Assembly: GCA_963790825.1 (NCBI GenBank)
Contig: CAWBPM010000002.1
Span: forward strand, 618,815 to 682,814
Reading direction: 5' to 3'
Length of the DNA stretch: 64,000 nt
From: Candidatus Levyibacteriota bacterium
GTDB taxonomy: Bacteria; Patescibacteriota; Microgenomatia; Levybacterales; UBA12049
Part shown: one piece after another, positions 7,997-18,662 of the stretch
Layout of the letters: the number at the start of each line of letters is the position of its first letter
How positions within the stretch are numbered: the first letter of the stretch is position 1
Program-made: the position numbers and the translations under genes
The notes under the pieces: generated by a model
Seen by the model: only the letters and a program-made list of their open reading frames with translations
Told to the model about the DNA's origin: nothing
Databases searched by the model: none

Positions 7997-9244
7997 TTAA
8001 GAAGATTTTGCGGCTTGTAATCTCTTTACAACTTCGTCTAAGCTAAGAAGTTCTGCGCCAGCCGCGTTTGATTCGGTTCGCTTTTTCCATTCAATTTTTT
8101 CTTGGGTCTTTAAGCTAATAACCAAACGAACCGGAATTCCGATCAAATCCGCATCGGCAAATTTCTCTCCCGGACCGACTGTTTCCCGATCATCATACAA
8201 AACAGAAATGCCGGCTTTTTGTAGCTCATGATAAACGTTCTCTGCTCTATGTTTCACTATTTCATCATCCAAATTTAAACCAACCAGATGTACTACATAC
8301 GGTGCGACTGCTTCAGGCCAGATAATTCCCTTATCGTCATGAAATACCTCAACTATTGCCCCCAGGAGTCTGGTGAGTCCGATGCCATATGCGCCAAACC
8401 AGGCAAACTGCTCTTTGCCTAAATTATTAGTAAAAGAGACACCCATTTTTTTACTATACTCAATGCCATATTTAAAAATATTTCCTACTTCAATCGCTTT
8501 TTTTGTTTCAATTTCCGGATCTTTTAGTTCTTCCTCGGTCATAATTTCTTTATTTTTCCAAAACTTCCAGCCTTTTTTAAAATAAATTGTGTCTTCTCCG
8601 CTTTCAGATATTACTTGAAATTCATGTGTATGCGAGTTGGTGAAAACTCCGCCCGCAGCTTCGACTACAATTGCCTCCAAATTCATCCTTTTGAATATTT
8701 TCAGATACGCGTCTTTAACTTTCCAGTAGTAATCGTTCATTTCTTCTTCCGTCGCGTGCAGACTATAAAGGTCTTTCATTAAGAATTCCCGCTCCCGTAA
8801 AATGCCGGATTTTGCGCGCAGTTCATTTCTGAATTTAGTTGACATATGGTATAAAAGCAGCGGAAGATCACGATACGTTCTCATATGTTTTCTTGCCACA
8901 TCAAGAAAAATTTCCTCGTGGGTAAATGAAAGTGTAAATTCTTTATCGTTTTTTTTAAGCTTGTACATCACTTCGTCTGCCCGGTCCCACCTTCCCGTTT
9001 CATTCCAAATGTCTTTCGGATGCAGAAGCGGCATAAGCATTTCAGAAGCACCTGTTCTGTTTATTTCTTCGCGAATAATATCCTCGATTTTCCGTTCAAC
9101 AATCCGGCCAAGCGGCAGTAATGTATACGAGCCCGCCATCAATTTATCAATAAATCCACCGCGAAGCAGATACCGCGCATTGATCGCTACTTCGTCTTTT
9201 GGCGCTTCTTTTATGGTTTTCGGGAAGTGATGGGAATACCGCAT
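7997..9244 (-). CDS. proS: proline--tRNA ligase (compact form without the editing-domain insertion)
   Basis: MRYSHHFPKT.KE.P.DE.INARYLLRGGFI...GSYTLLPLG..V..KIEDIIREE, class II motifs, and a C-terminal anticodon-binding domain, 415 aa. Confidence 0.85.
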   Translation of the reverse strand: MRYSHHFPKTIKEAPKDEVAINARYLLRGGFIDKLMAGSYTLLPLGRIVERKIEDIIREEINRTGASEMLMPLLHPKDIWNETGRWDRADEVMYKLKKNDKEFTLSFTHEEIFLDVARKHMRTYRDLPLLLYHMSTKFRNELRAKSGILREREFLMKDLYSLHATEEEMNDYYWKVKDAYLKIFKRMNLEAIVVEAAGGVFTNSHTHEFQVISESGEDTIYFKKGWKFWKNKEIMTEEELKDPEIETKKAIEVGNIFKYGIEYSKKMGVSFTNNLGKEQFAWFGAYGIGLTRLLGAIVEVFHDDKGIIWPEAVAPYVVHLVGLNLDDEIVKHRAENVYHELQKAGISVLYDDRETVGPGEKFADADLIGIPVRLVISLKTQEKIEWKKRTESNAAGAELLSLDEVVKRLQAAKSS

Positions 9245-9314
9245 ACAGAAAGTATAGCATGAAGAAGGAAAATTTTATATAATAATACGCGCATATTTAT
9301 TAATATTTATTAAT

Positions 9315-9794
9315 ATGAACACTAAGGAAAACCCAATGAGGAATAACTTTCAAATTAATACTCGCGGTAATATTTCTTCAATTGAATGGAGATTACCAAG
9401 TTTATTAAATTATACCTCATTCAAAACAATTCTTGCAACAATTATCGAGCAAAATTCTTTAAGTCTCATCGGAATGAGAGTGCATAAAGATATCTATAAT
9501 AACTATGATGAAGCCGGAAAACCTAAAATAAAAAGTCTATACTTGGATTTCGACACCGAAGACATCAGAAAAACACTCGCGGAAAAAGATACTACTGATC
9601 AAGCAATTTACTTACAAATTCACGCTTGGAATATCGTCGGTGCAGAAAAAATAGTTTTCTATAAAACAATTGGCGACAATATCCAAGCTATTCCTCAAGA
9701 AGAACCGAAAATTCACTTAACAGAAACTTCACCCGATGCTTTTAAGCAATATATTACTGCTTCCGAGGAGCTAAAAGGATTGGATATGCTTTAA
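9315..9794 (+). CDS. hypothetical protein (159 aa)
   Basis: ORF track. The start is preceded by the tandem 10-mer ATTTATTAAT x2. Confidence 0.45.
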   Translation: MNTKENPMRNNFQINTRGNISSIEWRLPSLLNYTSFKTILATIIEQNSLSLIGMRVHKDIYNNYDEAGKPKIKSLYLDFDTEDIRKTLAEKDTTDQAIYLQIHAWNIVGAEKIVFYKTIGDNIQAIPQEEPKIHLTETSPDAFKQYITASEELKGLDML

Positions 9795-10732
9795 CGCTTT
9801 GTAACTTTGTGTCCACCAAATTCGCGGCGCAAAGCTGCCACCATCTTCGCGGCAAAGGAATTTTGAATGTTTTCGTCTGTTTGTGATTTTCTTCGAAATG
9901 AAAGTGATTCCTCGATAACCGGTACCGGTACTTTTTCTTTTTTTGCAGCTGTTATTGTCCACTCTGCTTCCCCTGTCGCATCTACAATGCCGACAATATC
10001 CGATAACTCCCGATCTTTTTCTAAAGCGTCTTTTGCCCGGTCGATCAGAAAACTTGAGATAATGGTTCCCTTTTGCCAAACTTTAGTAACTTGCAAAAGA
10101 TTGAAATTATACTTCGATTTTTCTAAAACTCCGAAACCCTCGCCGATTGATTGCATCATGCCGTACTCTATTCCGTTATGCACCATTTTTACGAAATGTC
10201 CTGCTCCGCCTGTCCCAAAATACTGATGTCTCCCATTTGGTTTGGCCAAACTATCTAGAATAGGTTTGATATACTTATATGCACTCCTCGTTCCGCCGAC
10301 CATCATCGGGTACCCGTTCTTTTCGGCCATGATTCCCCCCGAAACACCGATTCCTAAATAGGATATATTTTGTGATCTAAAATCAACAAATCGCCTTTCT
10401 GTATCTAGATAATTTGAATTACCTCCATCAATCACAATATCGTCTTTTTTCGCGTATTTTTTAATTTCCTGAAGAGCTGTCTCTGTCGGCTGTCCGGATG
10501 GAAGCATCAACCAAACAATACGAGGTTTTCCTAGATTTTGCATGAGTTCTTCAATCGTTTGGGTAGTTATCAAATTTTTTAATGCTTTTGGTTGCATTTT
10601 TTTTATCTCCCTTGCAAATTCTTCAGTAACAGTATATGTCCTATTCCAGACAACGACAGAAAAGCCCTTTCTAAGAAGTTTCTCCGCTATTCTCGCTCCC
10701 ATTTTCCCAAGTCCTAAAATTGCAATTTGCAT
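9791..10732 (-). CDS. gnd: 6-phosphogluconate dehydrogenase, decarboxylating (short YqeC/Gnd-like form)
   Basis: N-terminal Rossmann fold IAILGLGKMGARIAEKL, GIGVSGG, and the 6PGDH C-terminal domain. Immediately downstream of zwf with a 4-nt gap. Confidence 0.75.
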   Translation of the reverse strand: MQIAILGLGKMGARIAEKLLRKGFSVVVWNRTYTVTEEFAREIKKMQPKALKNLITTQTIEELMQNLGKPRIVWLMLPSGQPTETALQEIKKYAKKDDIVIDGGNSNYLDTERRFVDFRSQNISYLGIGVSGGIMAEKNGYPMMVGGTRSAYKYIKPILDSLAKPNGRHQYFGTGGAGHFVKMVHNGIEYGMMQSIGEGFGVLEKSKYNFNLLQVTKVWQKGTIISSFLIDRAKDALEKDRELSDIVGIVDATGEAEWTITAAKKEKVPVPVIEESLSFRRKSQTDENIQNSFAAKMVAALRREFGGHKVTKR

Positions 10733-10736
10733 AAAT

Positions 10737-12212
10737 TTACAGCCACTTTCTCCCGTCTTTTTCGATTAAATCGTTTGCCTGCTTAGGACCAGTCGAATTA
10801 TCTTTATACGAATACAGCGGAACTTTTGACCTTTCCCACCCCTTAAGAATTCCTGTAATAAATGTCCAGGAACTGACGAGCTCATCCGACCGATTAAACA
10901 GCATTTGATCCCCTGAGAAAATATCGAGGAGAACTTTCTCATACGCATCCAACAAATGATGTTCCTCATGTTCTTTATAGGCAAATTTCATATCAATAGT
11001 TTCCAGAGAAAGACGGGAACCAGGCGTTTTCGCAATGATGCGAATTTGAATTCCTTCATCCGGTTGGATGCGAAAGGTAATCACGTTCCCGACTTCCGGA
11101 CAACCGTATTCTTTAAATAAAATGTGACAGGTCTGTCTGAAAACGACTGAAATCTCCATCATTTCTTTTGGCATTTTTTTGCCAGCCCTCAAATAAAACG
11201 GAATGTATGCAAAGCGCGGATTATCTAAAAATAACTTCATTGCTACGTACGTCTCTGTTTTTGAACCAGGGAGTACATCCTTCTCATTTCTATAGCTCTC
11301 GTATTGAGCCCGTACAACTGTATTCTCTACCTCCTGTGGGTTAACGCAAACTAATGATTTGATCGCATCCGACCTGACATCTCTGATTGCTTCTTTCTCA
11401 AAACTCTTCGGCTGCTCCATCGCAATAGCCGACAGTAACTGCATCAAATGATTTTGCCCTACATCCCGAAGGATTCCAACCCCGTCAAAAAATTTACCCC
11501 TTTTGCCGACTCCTTCTCTTTCCATCCAGGTAATTTGTATGTGATCAATATGTTCTTTGTTCCACATGGGCTCGAAAATTCCATTTGCGAAACGAAACGC
11601 CAAGAGATTCTGCACTGTTTCTTTGCCTAGATAGTGGTCAACCCGGAAAATTTGTTTTTCACTAAAAATCTCCGCTAATTTTCCATCCAGCATCTGTGCT
11701 GTTTCTACGTCTTTTCCAAACGGTTTCTCAATAACAATCTTGATCCCCTGCCCGCTAGTGCCAGCCAGGGGTTGTGGCAGGCGGGATTTATTAGATCCCA
11801 ATTTCGTACTATTTAAATACCGCAGGATATCCGAATAGTGATCCGGCGGCGTCGCGAGATAAAAAATCCGCGCAATATATGCGCCAATTTCTTTATCAAA
11901 CCCATTTAATTTCCGAGCGAGCTCATTATAACCTGCGACCTCGTTAAATACTCCTTGTTGATAATAAATATTTTTACTAAATTTTGCCCAAGCCGCTTTA
12001 TCCTCCGGTTTCATTTCCTCAGCCAAAAGTTCCCGAAATGCAACGTCTTTAAACGAACGCCTGGCAAATCCGACAATATAAAACTTTTCCCCCAATTGCT
12101 TTTTTTTATAGAGAGAGAAAAATGCAGGGAACAATTTATGAAGGGATAAGTCCCCAGTCGCGCCGAAAATTATCATAACAAAGGGGTTCTGCGGAAGCGG
12201 AGAATTTTCCAT
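10737..12212 (-). CDS. zwf: glucose-6-phosphate 1-dehydrogenase
   Basis: IIFGATGDLSLHKLFPAFF NADP-binding motif, the RVDHYLGKE active-site motif, and a 491-aa length. Confidence 0.9.
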   Translation of the reverse strand: MENSPLPQNPFVMIIFGATGDLSLHKLFPAFFSLYKKKQLGEKFYIVGFARRSFKDVAFRELLAEEMKPEDKAAWAKFSKNIYYQQGVFNEVAGYNELARKLNGFDKEIGAYIARIFYLATPPDHYSDILRYLNSTKLGSNKSRLPQPLAGTSGQGIKIVIEKPFGKDVETAQMLDGKLAEIFSEKQIFRVDHYLGKETVQNLLAFRFANGIFEPMWNKEHIDHIQITWMEREGVGKRGKFFDGVGILRDVGQNHLMQLLSAIAMEQPKSFEKEAIRDVRSDAIKSLVCVNPQEVENTVVRAQYESYRNEKDVLPGSKTETYVAMKLFLDNPRFAYIPFYLRAGKKMPKEMMEISVVFRQTCHILFKEYGCPEVGNVITFRIQPDEGIQIRIIAKTPGSRLSLETIDMKFAYKEHEEHHLLDAYEKVLLDIFSGDQMLFNRSDELVSSWTFITGILKGWERSKVPLYSYKDNSTGPKQANDLIEKDGRKWL

Positions 12213-12261
12213 TGCTAAATTATAAACTGTTACTAGGAAAAGATAAAGTCCTTATTTTGTT

Positions 12262-12906
12262 TTATTTTCTTTTCGTCTGTTCTTTCCATCTATACCATAA
12301 ATATTCACGAGAATCAAAAATCTCGAGTCCTCTAAATGGATTTCGGAAGGGTGATATATCAGGAACCGAGCAATAAACTTTTTCAGCTATATTTTTTAAA
12401 CTATATGGCGCCACACCAAGTGTCTCAATGTTTTCAAGTAGTTGTTTTTCCTCCTGGCTATATTCTTCTACTATATGTCCTTCTTTATACACGAGAACCG
12501 ATATTTCCGGATAGTGCATGTGCAAACTGTGTCTGGCTTCAATTGAAGTAGCAAATGCGCGTAGGCTATCAGCTTTTTTATCTTTAGTTCGAATTCCTTT
12601 CCCTTCTTCAACATACGTAGCCCACTGGCCTGCAGGCGCATGATACGTATTATATATTGTATATACACTTGGAGACCAAGAAATACTACCTACGAAATTC
12701 CCAGAAGTTCCTGTTCCGCCTTCCCTAACTACCGTATCTATAGATACACCAAGGGCTTTCCTTTCTTGAGCCAAATAAATAAGATACTCCAGTGAATCGG
12801 TAAATGTAGGAAGCAACGCATCTTTATCTTCCCTAAACTTTATTATTTGTTCATGAATAAAACCTTTTAATAGTTCCATAACACGCTCCCAGCTGTAAAA
12901 ATACAA
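12262..12906 (-). CDS. hypothetical protein (214 aa) upstream of zwf
   Basis: ORF track; no motif recognised. Confidence 0.45.
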   Translation of the reverse strand: MYFYSWERVMELLKGFIHEQIIKFREDKDALLPTFTDSLEYLIYLAQERKALGVSIDTVVREGGTGTSGNFVGSISWSPSVYTIYNTYHAPAGQWATYVEEGKGIRTKDKKADSLRAFATSIEARHSLHMHYPEISVLVYKEGHIVEEYSQEEKQLLENIETLGVAPYSLKNIAEKVYCSVPDISPFRNPFRGLEIFDSREYLWYRWKEQTKRK

Positions 12907-13065
12907 AAACCTCCCATACAGGAGGCTATAATTCTACGGACTTACAACCTCCCTAAGGAAGAATGTAAAGTTGAATCAAATGCGCGGATTTCATGAGTAT
13001 GAGTATAGCAAGTAGAATTGTATTAGGCAAGTTATATAGAGGAGTATAATGATGAGTATACTATA

Positions 13066-14166
13066 GTGGAACAAAATACTATTCGGAAAACAGCACAAAT
13101 TGAGGAAAAAAATTATCGCTTTTCGGCAGATGTGATTCGGGTCCTGGCAATTTCCGGGGTAGTACTGATTCATACTGCAAATGCGGTATATGCAAGACCT
13201 GATTTTTTCGCAGGAGTTTCCTGGTGGATTACTATTGTTTTAAACTCAATATCCCGCAGCGCAATCCCACTTTTTATTATGCTCAGCGGATACTTCTTGC
13301 TCAATAAACATGAATCGTTTATAAAGTCTTTGAAGCGTCTGACCAATCGTATTCTTATACCACTTTTCTTTTGGTTTATCGTTAATATTCTCTGGAATGG
13401 AGGAAGCCCTACACTAGCTACTATAAATTTATCTATAATTTCCAGATTGTTTACGGTAAATGTATTTGACCTCTATTTTCTTATAATTCTTGCGGGACTT
13501 TATCTCGTTTCCCCGATGCTTAGAATATATTTACAAAAAGAAAATTACGCTGTGTAAAAGAAGTTTACCTTATTTGCTTTATTAGCCGGTGTACTCATCT
13601 ACATAGGTCAATATCTCTTTTATCAATGCTCAGCTCTCAATTTTTTTATCTATTGGCTGCCTTATACCGGATTATTTGTAGCCGGATATTTTTTTGGAAA
13701 CGTAAAAAATCTGAAAAGAACAAAAATTTTGCTAAGCGTGTACTCTGTTGCATTATTAGCAACAATTTTTTTGAGCTTTGTATATTACCTCTTACATAAC
13801 AGTGGGAATCATTCACTCGACTCACGTGGTTGTCTCAGCTATTATTCTGATTCTTATCTAAGTGTCAATGTGGTTCTTATGAGTGTTTGCGCATTCATCC
13901 TATTGATTCGACTTCAATTTCAATCAGCCCGTCCGTTGATTCGTAATCTTATTTTTTCTATTGCGAGAACTTCACTGGGAATATATGTACTTCACACATT
14001 TTTTCTGGATATCTTTGACGGGAGACTGCATGCATTTGATCATATAGCTCCGGCCTGGATATATATTTTCCTAAAATGGTTTGTAATCTTTACGCTGTCT
14101 TATCTTAGCACTCTGATTCTTATAAAAATTCCAATGTTCAAAAGAGTCTTCGGAGTTGCTAAATGA
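13066..14166 (+). pseudogene. acyltransferase family 3 (OafA-like) membrane protein interrupted by one in-frame TAA (13555-13557)
   Basis: ORFs 13066-13557 and 13729-14166 are in the same frame, and the 171 nt between them translate without further stops. The combined product of about 366 aa is a multi-TM acyltransferase-3-like protein (LAISGVVLIHT..., about 10 TM helices). The downstream ORF's listed start is a TTG. Confidence 0.6.
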
Positions 14167-14204
14167 AGCTCCTGGGCCTTACGATCGGCCTTTCCATTCA
14201 TACT

Positions 14205-14243
14205 TCAGGGGAGAAAAATTCCTCTGAGGTCCCGCTGAGCGGG
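14205..14243. terminator. Two adjacent hairpins between convergent genes (weak terminator candidate)
   Basis: UCAGGGGAG-AAAAAUU-CUCCUCUGA (9-bp stem with one G.U) followed by CCCGC-UGA-GCGGG. There is no U-run on either strand, so intrinsic termination is uncertain. Confidence 0.25.
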
Positions 14244-14268
14244 AATAAGAGACATAAAGTAGTCCAAA

Positions 14269-15117
14269 CTATTGGGCTTTAAACTGGGTTATTGCCCGAT
14301 GCTGATTAAACGGAGCCGGACTTATTTGTCTAACCGCCAAACCACTGTCGTCATTGATGTCTTGTAACAGACCGCCATTATCGGCAACTGTCTGTAAATC
14401 TGAAACTAAAATTACCGCTGTTTTTCTAAGTGTAGGAGGAATTTCCCGATTTAAACCTTTAACTGTCTCATTAAAATCAGACGTCCAATACCTTTCCGGT
14501 TTGGGCTGGTCGCTCATTGGTTGCGTTGCCCGAAAAAACAACACTCTTGCCGGATCAATACCAATTGTTTTAAGATAATCTACATTAATTTTATAGCCGG
14601 TTTCTTCTTCCCTCAGTCTTCCGTTGCTTGTTTTGGTTTTCGCTACGGTAACTTCCTCGCCAAATAAACCGGACGTGTCTCCTTGAAATCTTTTGCTTCG
14701 CTCGGACGATATCAGATTGTTAAAATTTCCCGTATGTTCAATATATTCACTAAGCAGCGCATCATGATTCCGGATTTCAGAAGGTAACGCATGAAATAAA
14801 TCAGGATCATGAAAATATTCGGTGGTAAAAGGGTTTACCCTAGCTCCCTTCGCCTCCAAATCAGCTTCAAGCGAGTCAATATGTGCATCTACAGCAGGAT
14901 CATGTCGTACTTTGTTAACAAACTCAATACCTTTGAAAAATGGATTCTCTCCCGATCCTTCCTCTGGCATATCATTAGTATAGCAGAATTTATTAATTGT
15001 CCTATTGGTTGTATTTGTGCTAAGTTGTAAAGAAAAATAAGTTCTGGAAAAACGGTACTGTTGCCGATTTATTCGCTGGTCAGTAGCGTATTTCCAAAAA
15101 GAAGTATATCTCCCCAT
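14269..15117 (-). CDS. hypothetical protein (282 aa; possibly starts at internal MPEEGSG)
   Basis: ORF track; no motif recognised. Part of a block whose GC appears higher than the surrounding sequence. Confidence 0.45.
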   Translation of the reverse strand: MGRYTSFWKYATDQRINRQQYRFSRTYFSLQLSTNTTNRTINKFCYTNDMPEEGSGENPFFKGIEFVNKVRHDPAVDAHIDSLEADLEAKGARVNPFTTEYFHDPDLFHALPSEIRNHDALLSEYIEHTGNFNNLISSERSKRFQGDTSGLFGEEVTVAKTKTSNGRLREEETGYKINVDYLKTIGIDPARVLFFRATQPMSDQPKPERYWTSDFNETVKGLNREIPPTLRKTAVILVSDLQTVADNGGLLQDINDDSGLAVRQISPAPFNQHRAITQFKAQ

Positions 15118-15203
15118 TCTGAAAAATCGCTGAAGAGGTTACAGCAAAAATATTTTCGAGAGAAATATTTTAATCTTATTCTCCTCAGTGCTATACTAAT
15201 TAC

Positions 15204-15626
15204 ATGTCGTGGTTAATTTATGCCCTGCTTTCAGCTCTGTTTGCCGCACTCACCGCTATCTTGGCAAAAATTGGCATACAAAATGTAGATTCAAATCTCG
15301 CAACAGCCATACGAACAGTTGTCATTTTGTTTTTCGCCTGGGGAATTGTTTTCTGGCAAGGAACAGCAAGTAAAATATCATCAATATCCCGCTTCTCTCT
15401 CATCTTCCTTATACTTTCAGGCATAGCAACCGGCATATCATGGCTATTTTATTTTCGGGCATTGCAAATAGGAAAAGCTTCACAAGTCGCTCCGATCGAT
15501 AAATTAAGCCTCATTATTACGATTATTCTCGCCGTAGTCATTTTAAAAGAAAAAGTCACTCTTACTATAGTAATAGGCGGAATACTTATGGGAATAGGAG
15601 CTGTACTCGTGGGTCTGGGAAACTAA
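15204..15626 (+). CDS. EamA-like (DMT superfamily) small 4-TM transporter
   Basis: 140 aa with four hydrophobic helices. The N-terminal YALLSALFAALTAILAKIG motif is typical of EamA domains. Confidence 0.65.
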   Translation: MSWLIYALLSALFAALTAILAKIGIQNVDSNLATAIRTVVILFFAWGIVFWQGTASKISSISRFSLIFLILSGIATGISWLFYFRALQIGKASQVAPIDKLSLIITIILAVVILKEKVTLTIVIGGILMGIGAVLVGLGN

Positions 15627-15632
15627 TTATGC

Positions 15633-16394
15633 TTAGCCCCGCCTGGTAATCCTGGTTATATTTAATCTTTCTTCTTCTATAAATCGTTGCATCCATTCTA
15701 TGCTACCTTTAAGATTTCCCCGTAGACCTTCCTCTCCTTCTCTAGTCATGAACTGTGGTCTAATGAGATGGCTTAAATCCTTTAAATCGTCTCCCGCAAA
15801 ATCCTCCAGTCCATAATGTCTCCTATCTCTCGGCCTCCAATAGGTCCCTAGTTTTTTCTTTGCTTCTTCGTAATCGAGATGAATTTGTGCCAGGCGTTGA
15901 TTGGGATAAACCACTACGTGAGTGTGTCTCCAGTATGGAACTTCTTCAGCTATTTTCTGGGATATACCTGACTTAATACCTGATCTGACAAATGCATCAT
16001 GGTCTGCTTCAACCACTCTCATCATTGTTCCGTCTTGTTTAAGTCCTACTACTTCACGAAATTCCCAGTTCCCGAGATTTATTCCGAGGTTTCCATAATC
16101 ACTAGCACGATTTTTAAGCCCGAGAAATAGAGGTTGTGGATGTAAATCATCAAGTTTCCCATTTGCGTATTGATTTATTTCTTCCGCAGTGTGTAAATCA
16201 TGTGCCGGACCGATAGCTACACTGGCAATCTCCAGTAAATCTGTTCGACCCGTTGCCGGCGGACGTATATTGACTCCAACGATTGCCTTATCTACTTTGA
16301 AGCGCTGAATAATCTCATTAAGAACAAGCGGGTGTGCATTTAGCTGTTCCCCAGATACGTCCGGCAGTGAGAAAAGGGGTTGTGTTTCAAGCAT
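15633..16394 (-). CDS. hypothetical protein (253 aa)
   Basis: ORF track; no motif recognised. Confidence 0.45.
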   Translation of the reverse strand: MLETQPLFSLPDVSGEQLNAHPLVLNEIIQRFKVDKAIVGVNIRPPATGRTDLLEIASVAIGPAHDLHTAEEINQYANGKLDDLHPQPLFLGLKNRASDYGNLGINLGNWEFREVVGLKQDGTMMRVVEADHDAFVRSGIKSGISQKIAEEVPYWRHTHVVVYPNQRLAQIHLDYEEAKKKLGTYWRPRDRRHYGLEDFAGDDLKDLSHLIRPQFMTREGEEGLRGNLKGSIEWMQRFIEEERLNITRITRRG

Positions 16395-16636
16395 ATAGGC
16401 TTAATTTCTTACGATTATAACACTAAATTAGCAGATTGCAATAGCGTAATTCTATCTAATATTTGGCTACTTTAGGAGCGATCCGGGAGAAACTCAGGGA
16501 TTTATTACGAGTAAATTTTTAAACAGGTTTTGCACGGTGAATATCTCCTGATTTCTTTAAAAGGACGAGGCAACAGCATACAGCTTGTGAATGTCAATAA
16601 ATAATTTGCCGGATATTGAGGATAAAAACGGCCACT

Positions 16637-16984
16637 TTATTTATTAATGAACTTGTGGATTTTCTTTTTATCAGTATTTTTAAATAAGCAAACCCTGGCT
16701 GTTTCGTCAGTATCCATTATCCCGCCATCTTTCCCTCCCCTATATACTCTAAATCTTATTTCCCCTTCTTCCGCTTTGTTATGTTCCTTACGAAAAAGAG
16801 TAAAAGGGTACATAGCTAAACCAATACCTATTCCCGCTACTAGGCATACTCCGACTACAGATTCGGGTATGTTCACTGCCAGATGTAATAACGCATGCGC
16901 GTAAGAGCCGATTGAGGACTGGAGTTCTGACCACGCCGTTTCAGATTGTTGTAAAGGAGGTATTGACTCCGAATTCATTTGCAA
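16637..16984 (-). CDS. hypothetical small membrane protein (115 aa)
   Basis: One or two hydrophobic helices (VVGVCLVAGIGIGLAMYPFTLF). Confidence 0.4.
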   Translation of the reverse strand: MQMNSESIPPLQQSETAWSELQSSIGSYAHALLHLAVNIPESVVGVCLVAGIGIGLAMYPFTLFRKEHNKAEEGEIRFRVYRGGKDGGIMDTDETARVCLFKNTDKKKIHKFINK

Positions 16985-16998
16985 ATTATAGCATTAAC

Positions 16999-17208
16999 TC
17001 ATTTGCTTTTCATATTGTTTTCGAGGCGAAAAATTAGCCGGTCTGAGTTTGCTGCAGCTAATCTATACCCCCAATCAGGATCTTCTCCTATGGGATTACA
17101 AGGAGCCGGACAAAAAACTCCTTTTAATTGACTTAGGTTGGGTATGGGAACTTTTACAATATGCCCATCTCCCCAATCAATATATTTCACTCGTTTTTCT
17201 TGATTCAC
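16999..17208 (-). CDS. hypothetical protein (69 aa)
   Basis: ORF track only. Confidence 0.3.
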   Translation of the reverse strand: MNQEKRVKYIDWGDGHIVKVPIPNLSQLKGVFCPAPCNPIGEDPDWGYRLAAANSDRLIFRLENNMKSK

Positions 17209-17265
17209 AAACGTGAATTATAGTATAAGAGCAAAATTTTGGGACGAAAAATGAGTTTTTTATTT

Positions 17266-18030
17266 TTATGACTGTATACTACTTTCTGTTTGTTTCTCTG
17301 CGTCTTGACCAGAATTTCCATGACGAGCATAGGATATTGAAGCTGCATAGAAAAAAGCAGACGGGATAGCTTGAACTACTCCCATAAGTGGTTTGTCAGC
17401 AATAAACCATAATAATGAGACGCCTAGAAATATTGTCCCTGAAGCTGCATGTAGCTTTGACTCAACAGGTAAATTACGAACCGACTGGAAAAGAGTTACT
17501 CCTGTCTTCTTCAACTCCTCCGCTGGTAAGGCTAAACTTTGATCTGGAAGCGTAGTCACCAGATCTTTCTCACTATGCTCTGGCTCTGTATTTTTTGAAA
17601 CATAATAATAGGTAAACGACGGATCTATGGGGTCCGGTTCCCGAGTAATTTCTATCCCAGCTCTGTGTAGCTCTCTCGCCAGTTGCGGATCACCGGATCC
17701 ATCAACATTAAGCAGTTTCGGATACCTATCGTGAAAAAAACGTACTTCGCCAGTCTCGTCCGGTTCAAATGTTTCTTCCGTATATGTGGTGATGCAACGA
17801 AAACTTGTACCGTTCGGTCGTATTTGCTCTACCCTTCCTAGCGAAACAGTCAAATCAGCTCCAAGTGTATCAAGCGGAATACCAGATACTTCCCCCCTGC
17901 TGCCATCGGCATGGATAGAAGTTTTCTTCGCATAGCCCCAAATCGCTACATCTCCTACTTGTAATCCCAGCTGTTCTCTCGTCGCCATGGAGAGGATTAT
18001 AACCCTGCCAACCTCTTCGGTCAACAACAA
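17266..18030 (-). CDS. hypothetical protein with C-terminal TM helix (254 aa)
   Basis: ORF track; C-terminal hydrophobic segment IFLGVSLLWFIA. Confidence 0.45.
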   Translation of the reverse strand: MLLTEEVGRVIILSMATREQLGLQVGDVAIWGYAKKTSIHADGSRGEVSGIPLDTLGADLTVSLGRVEQIRPNGTSFRCITTYTEETFEPDETGEVRFFHDRYPKLLNVDGSGDPQLARELHRAGIEITREPDPIDPSFTYYYVSKNTEPEHSEKDLVTTLPDQSLALPAEELKKTGVTLFQSVRNLPVESKLHAASGTIFLGVSLLWFIADKPLMGVVQAIPSAFFYAASISYARHGNSGQDAEKQTESSIQS

Positions 18031-18230
18031 ACTCTATTTAGCAAAGACTACTTTCGGAGAAAAGCCGCAAATCTATTTCATAAGGACGGTGACAGACAGT
18101 TCCGAAAATCAAATTCCGCAGCGCTTGGCACTCCTAAGAACATTTTTTGCAGAACGAGAAGATGCTCGATAATATTTACATCTCATGCATTGACACGCTC
18201 AGTCTCGTATGTCAGTATTAGTAGCATATA

Positions 18231-18662
18231 ATGGATAACCCAACTCAAGATGATATTCCCATGGCGCCTCAAAATACCTCTCTGATTCAAAATATTTTAG
18301 TAATTGGCTTTTTCATTTTAGGCATATGGACTACCTATCTCGGCTTGACATTTACCTTTACATCAATACAGACAATATTAGCTGCAGTACTTTATTTAAT
18401 TAGTATTAATTTATTATTTATTTTATTTTTTAAAAATATTTCTTCCCAAGTAAAAATAAGGACAGGATCGCTAATGAGTTATCTCAGTAAGACAAAGTAT
18501 CTACGCCTCCTTTCTATCTTTCTTCTTAATATTTTTGCTACAGTAAATTTTACTTATAATTGGTTCCATTATGCTGGAGCAATGGTATATATTAGCCTCC
18601 AATTTGCATTCGCGATAATCCTATCCTTCTTGGCATATCTTCTGTATAAAAGAATAGATTAA
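18231..18662 (+). CDS. hypothetical integral membrane protein (143 aa, 4 TM)
   Basis: ORF track; four hydrophobic helices. Confidence 0.45.
   Translation: MDNPTQDDIPMAPQNTSLIQNILVIGFFILGIWTTYLGLTFTFTSIQTILAAVLYLISINLLFILFFKNISSQVKIRTGSLMSYLSKTKYLRLLSIFLLNIFATVNFTYNWFHYAGAMVYISLQFAFAIILSFLAYLLYKRID

Noticed and set aside
9771-10079. ORF 9771-10079 (minus) and 9867-10226 (plus) overlapping gnd
   Set aside because: They are alternative frames of the conserved 6PGDH-like gene, and the products are low-complexity and Cys/Arg-rich.
13555-13557. Stop-codon reassignment (alternative genetic code) as the explanation for the in-frame TAA in the acyltransferase
   Set aside because: TAA, TAG and TGA each terminate well-conserved genes elsewhere in the window (for example ybaB with TAA, dnaX with TAG), and long conserved ORFs are intact under the standard code. 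A pseudogene or sequencing error is more parsimonious.
14205-14243. Intrinsic terminator between the acyltransferase pseudogene and the convergent hypothetical gene
   Set aside because: There are two hairpins but no downstream U-tract on either strand. It is listed only as a low-confidence feature, not as a confirmed terminator.
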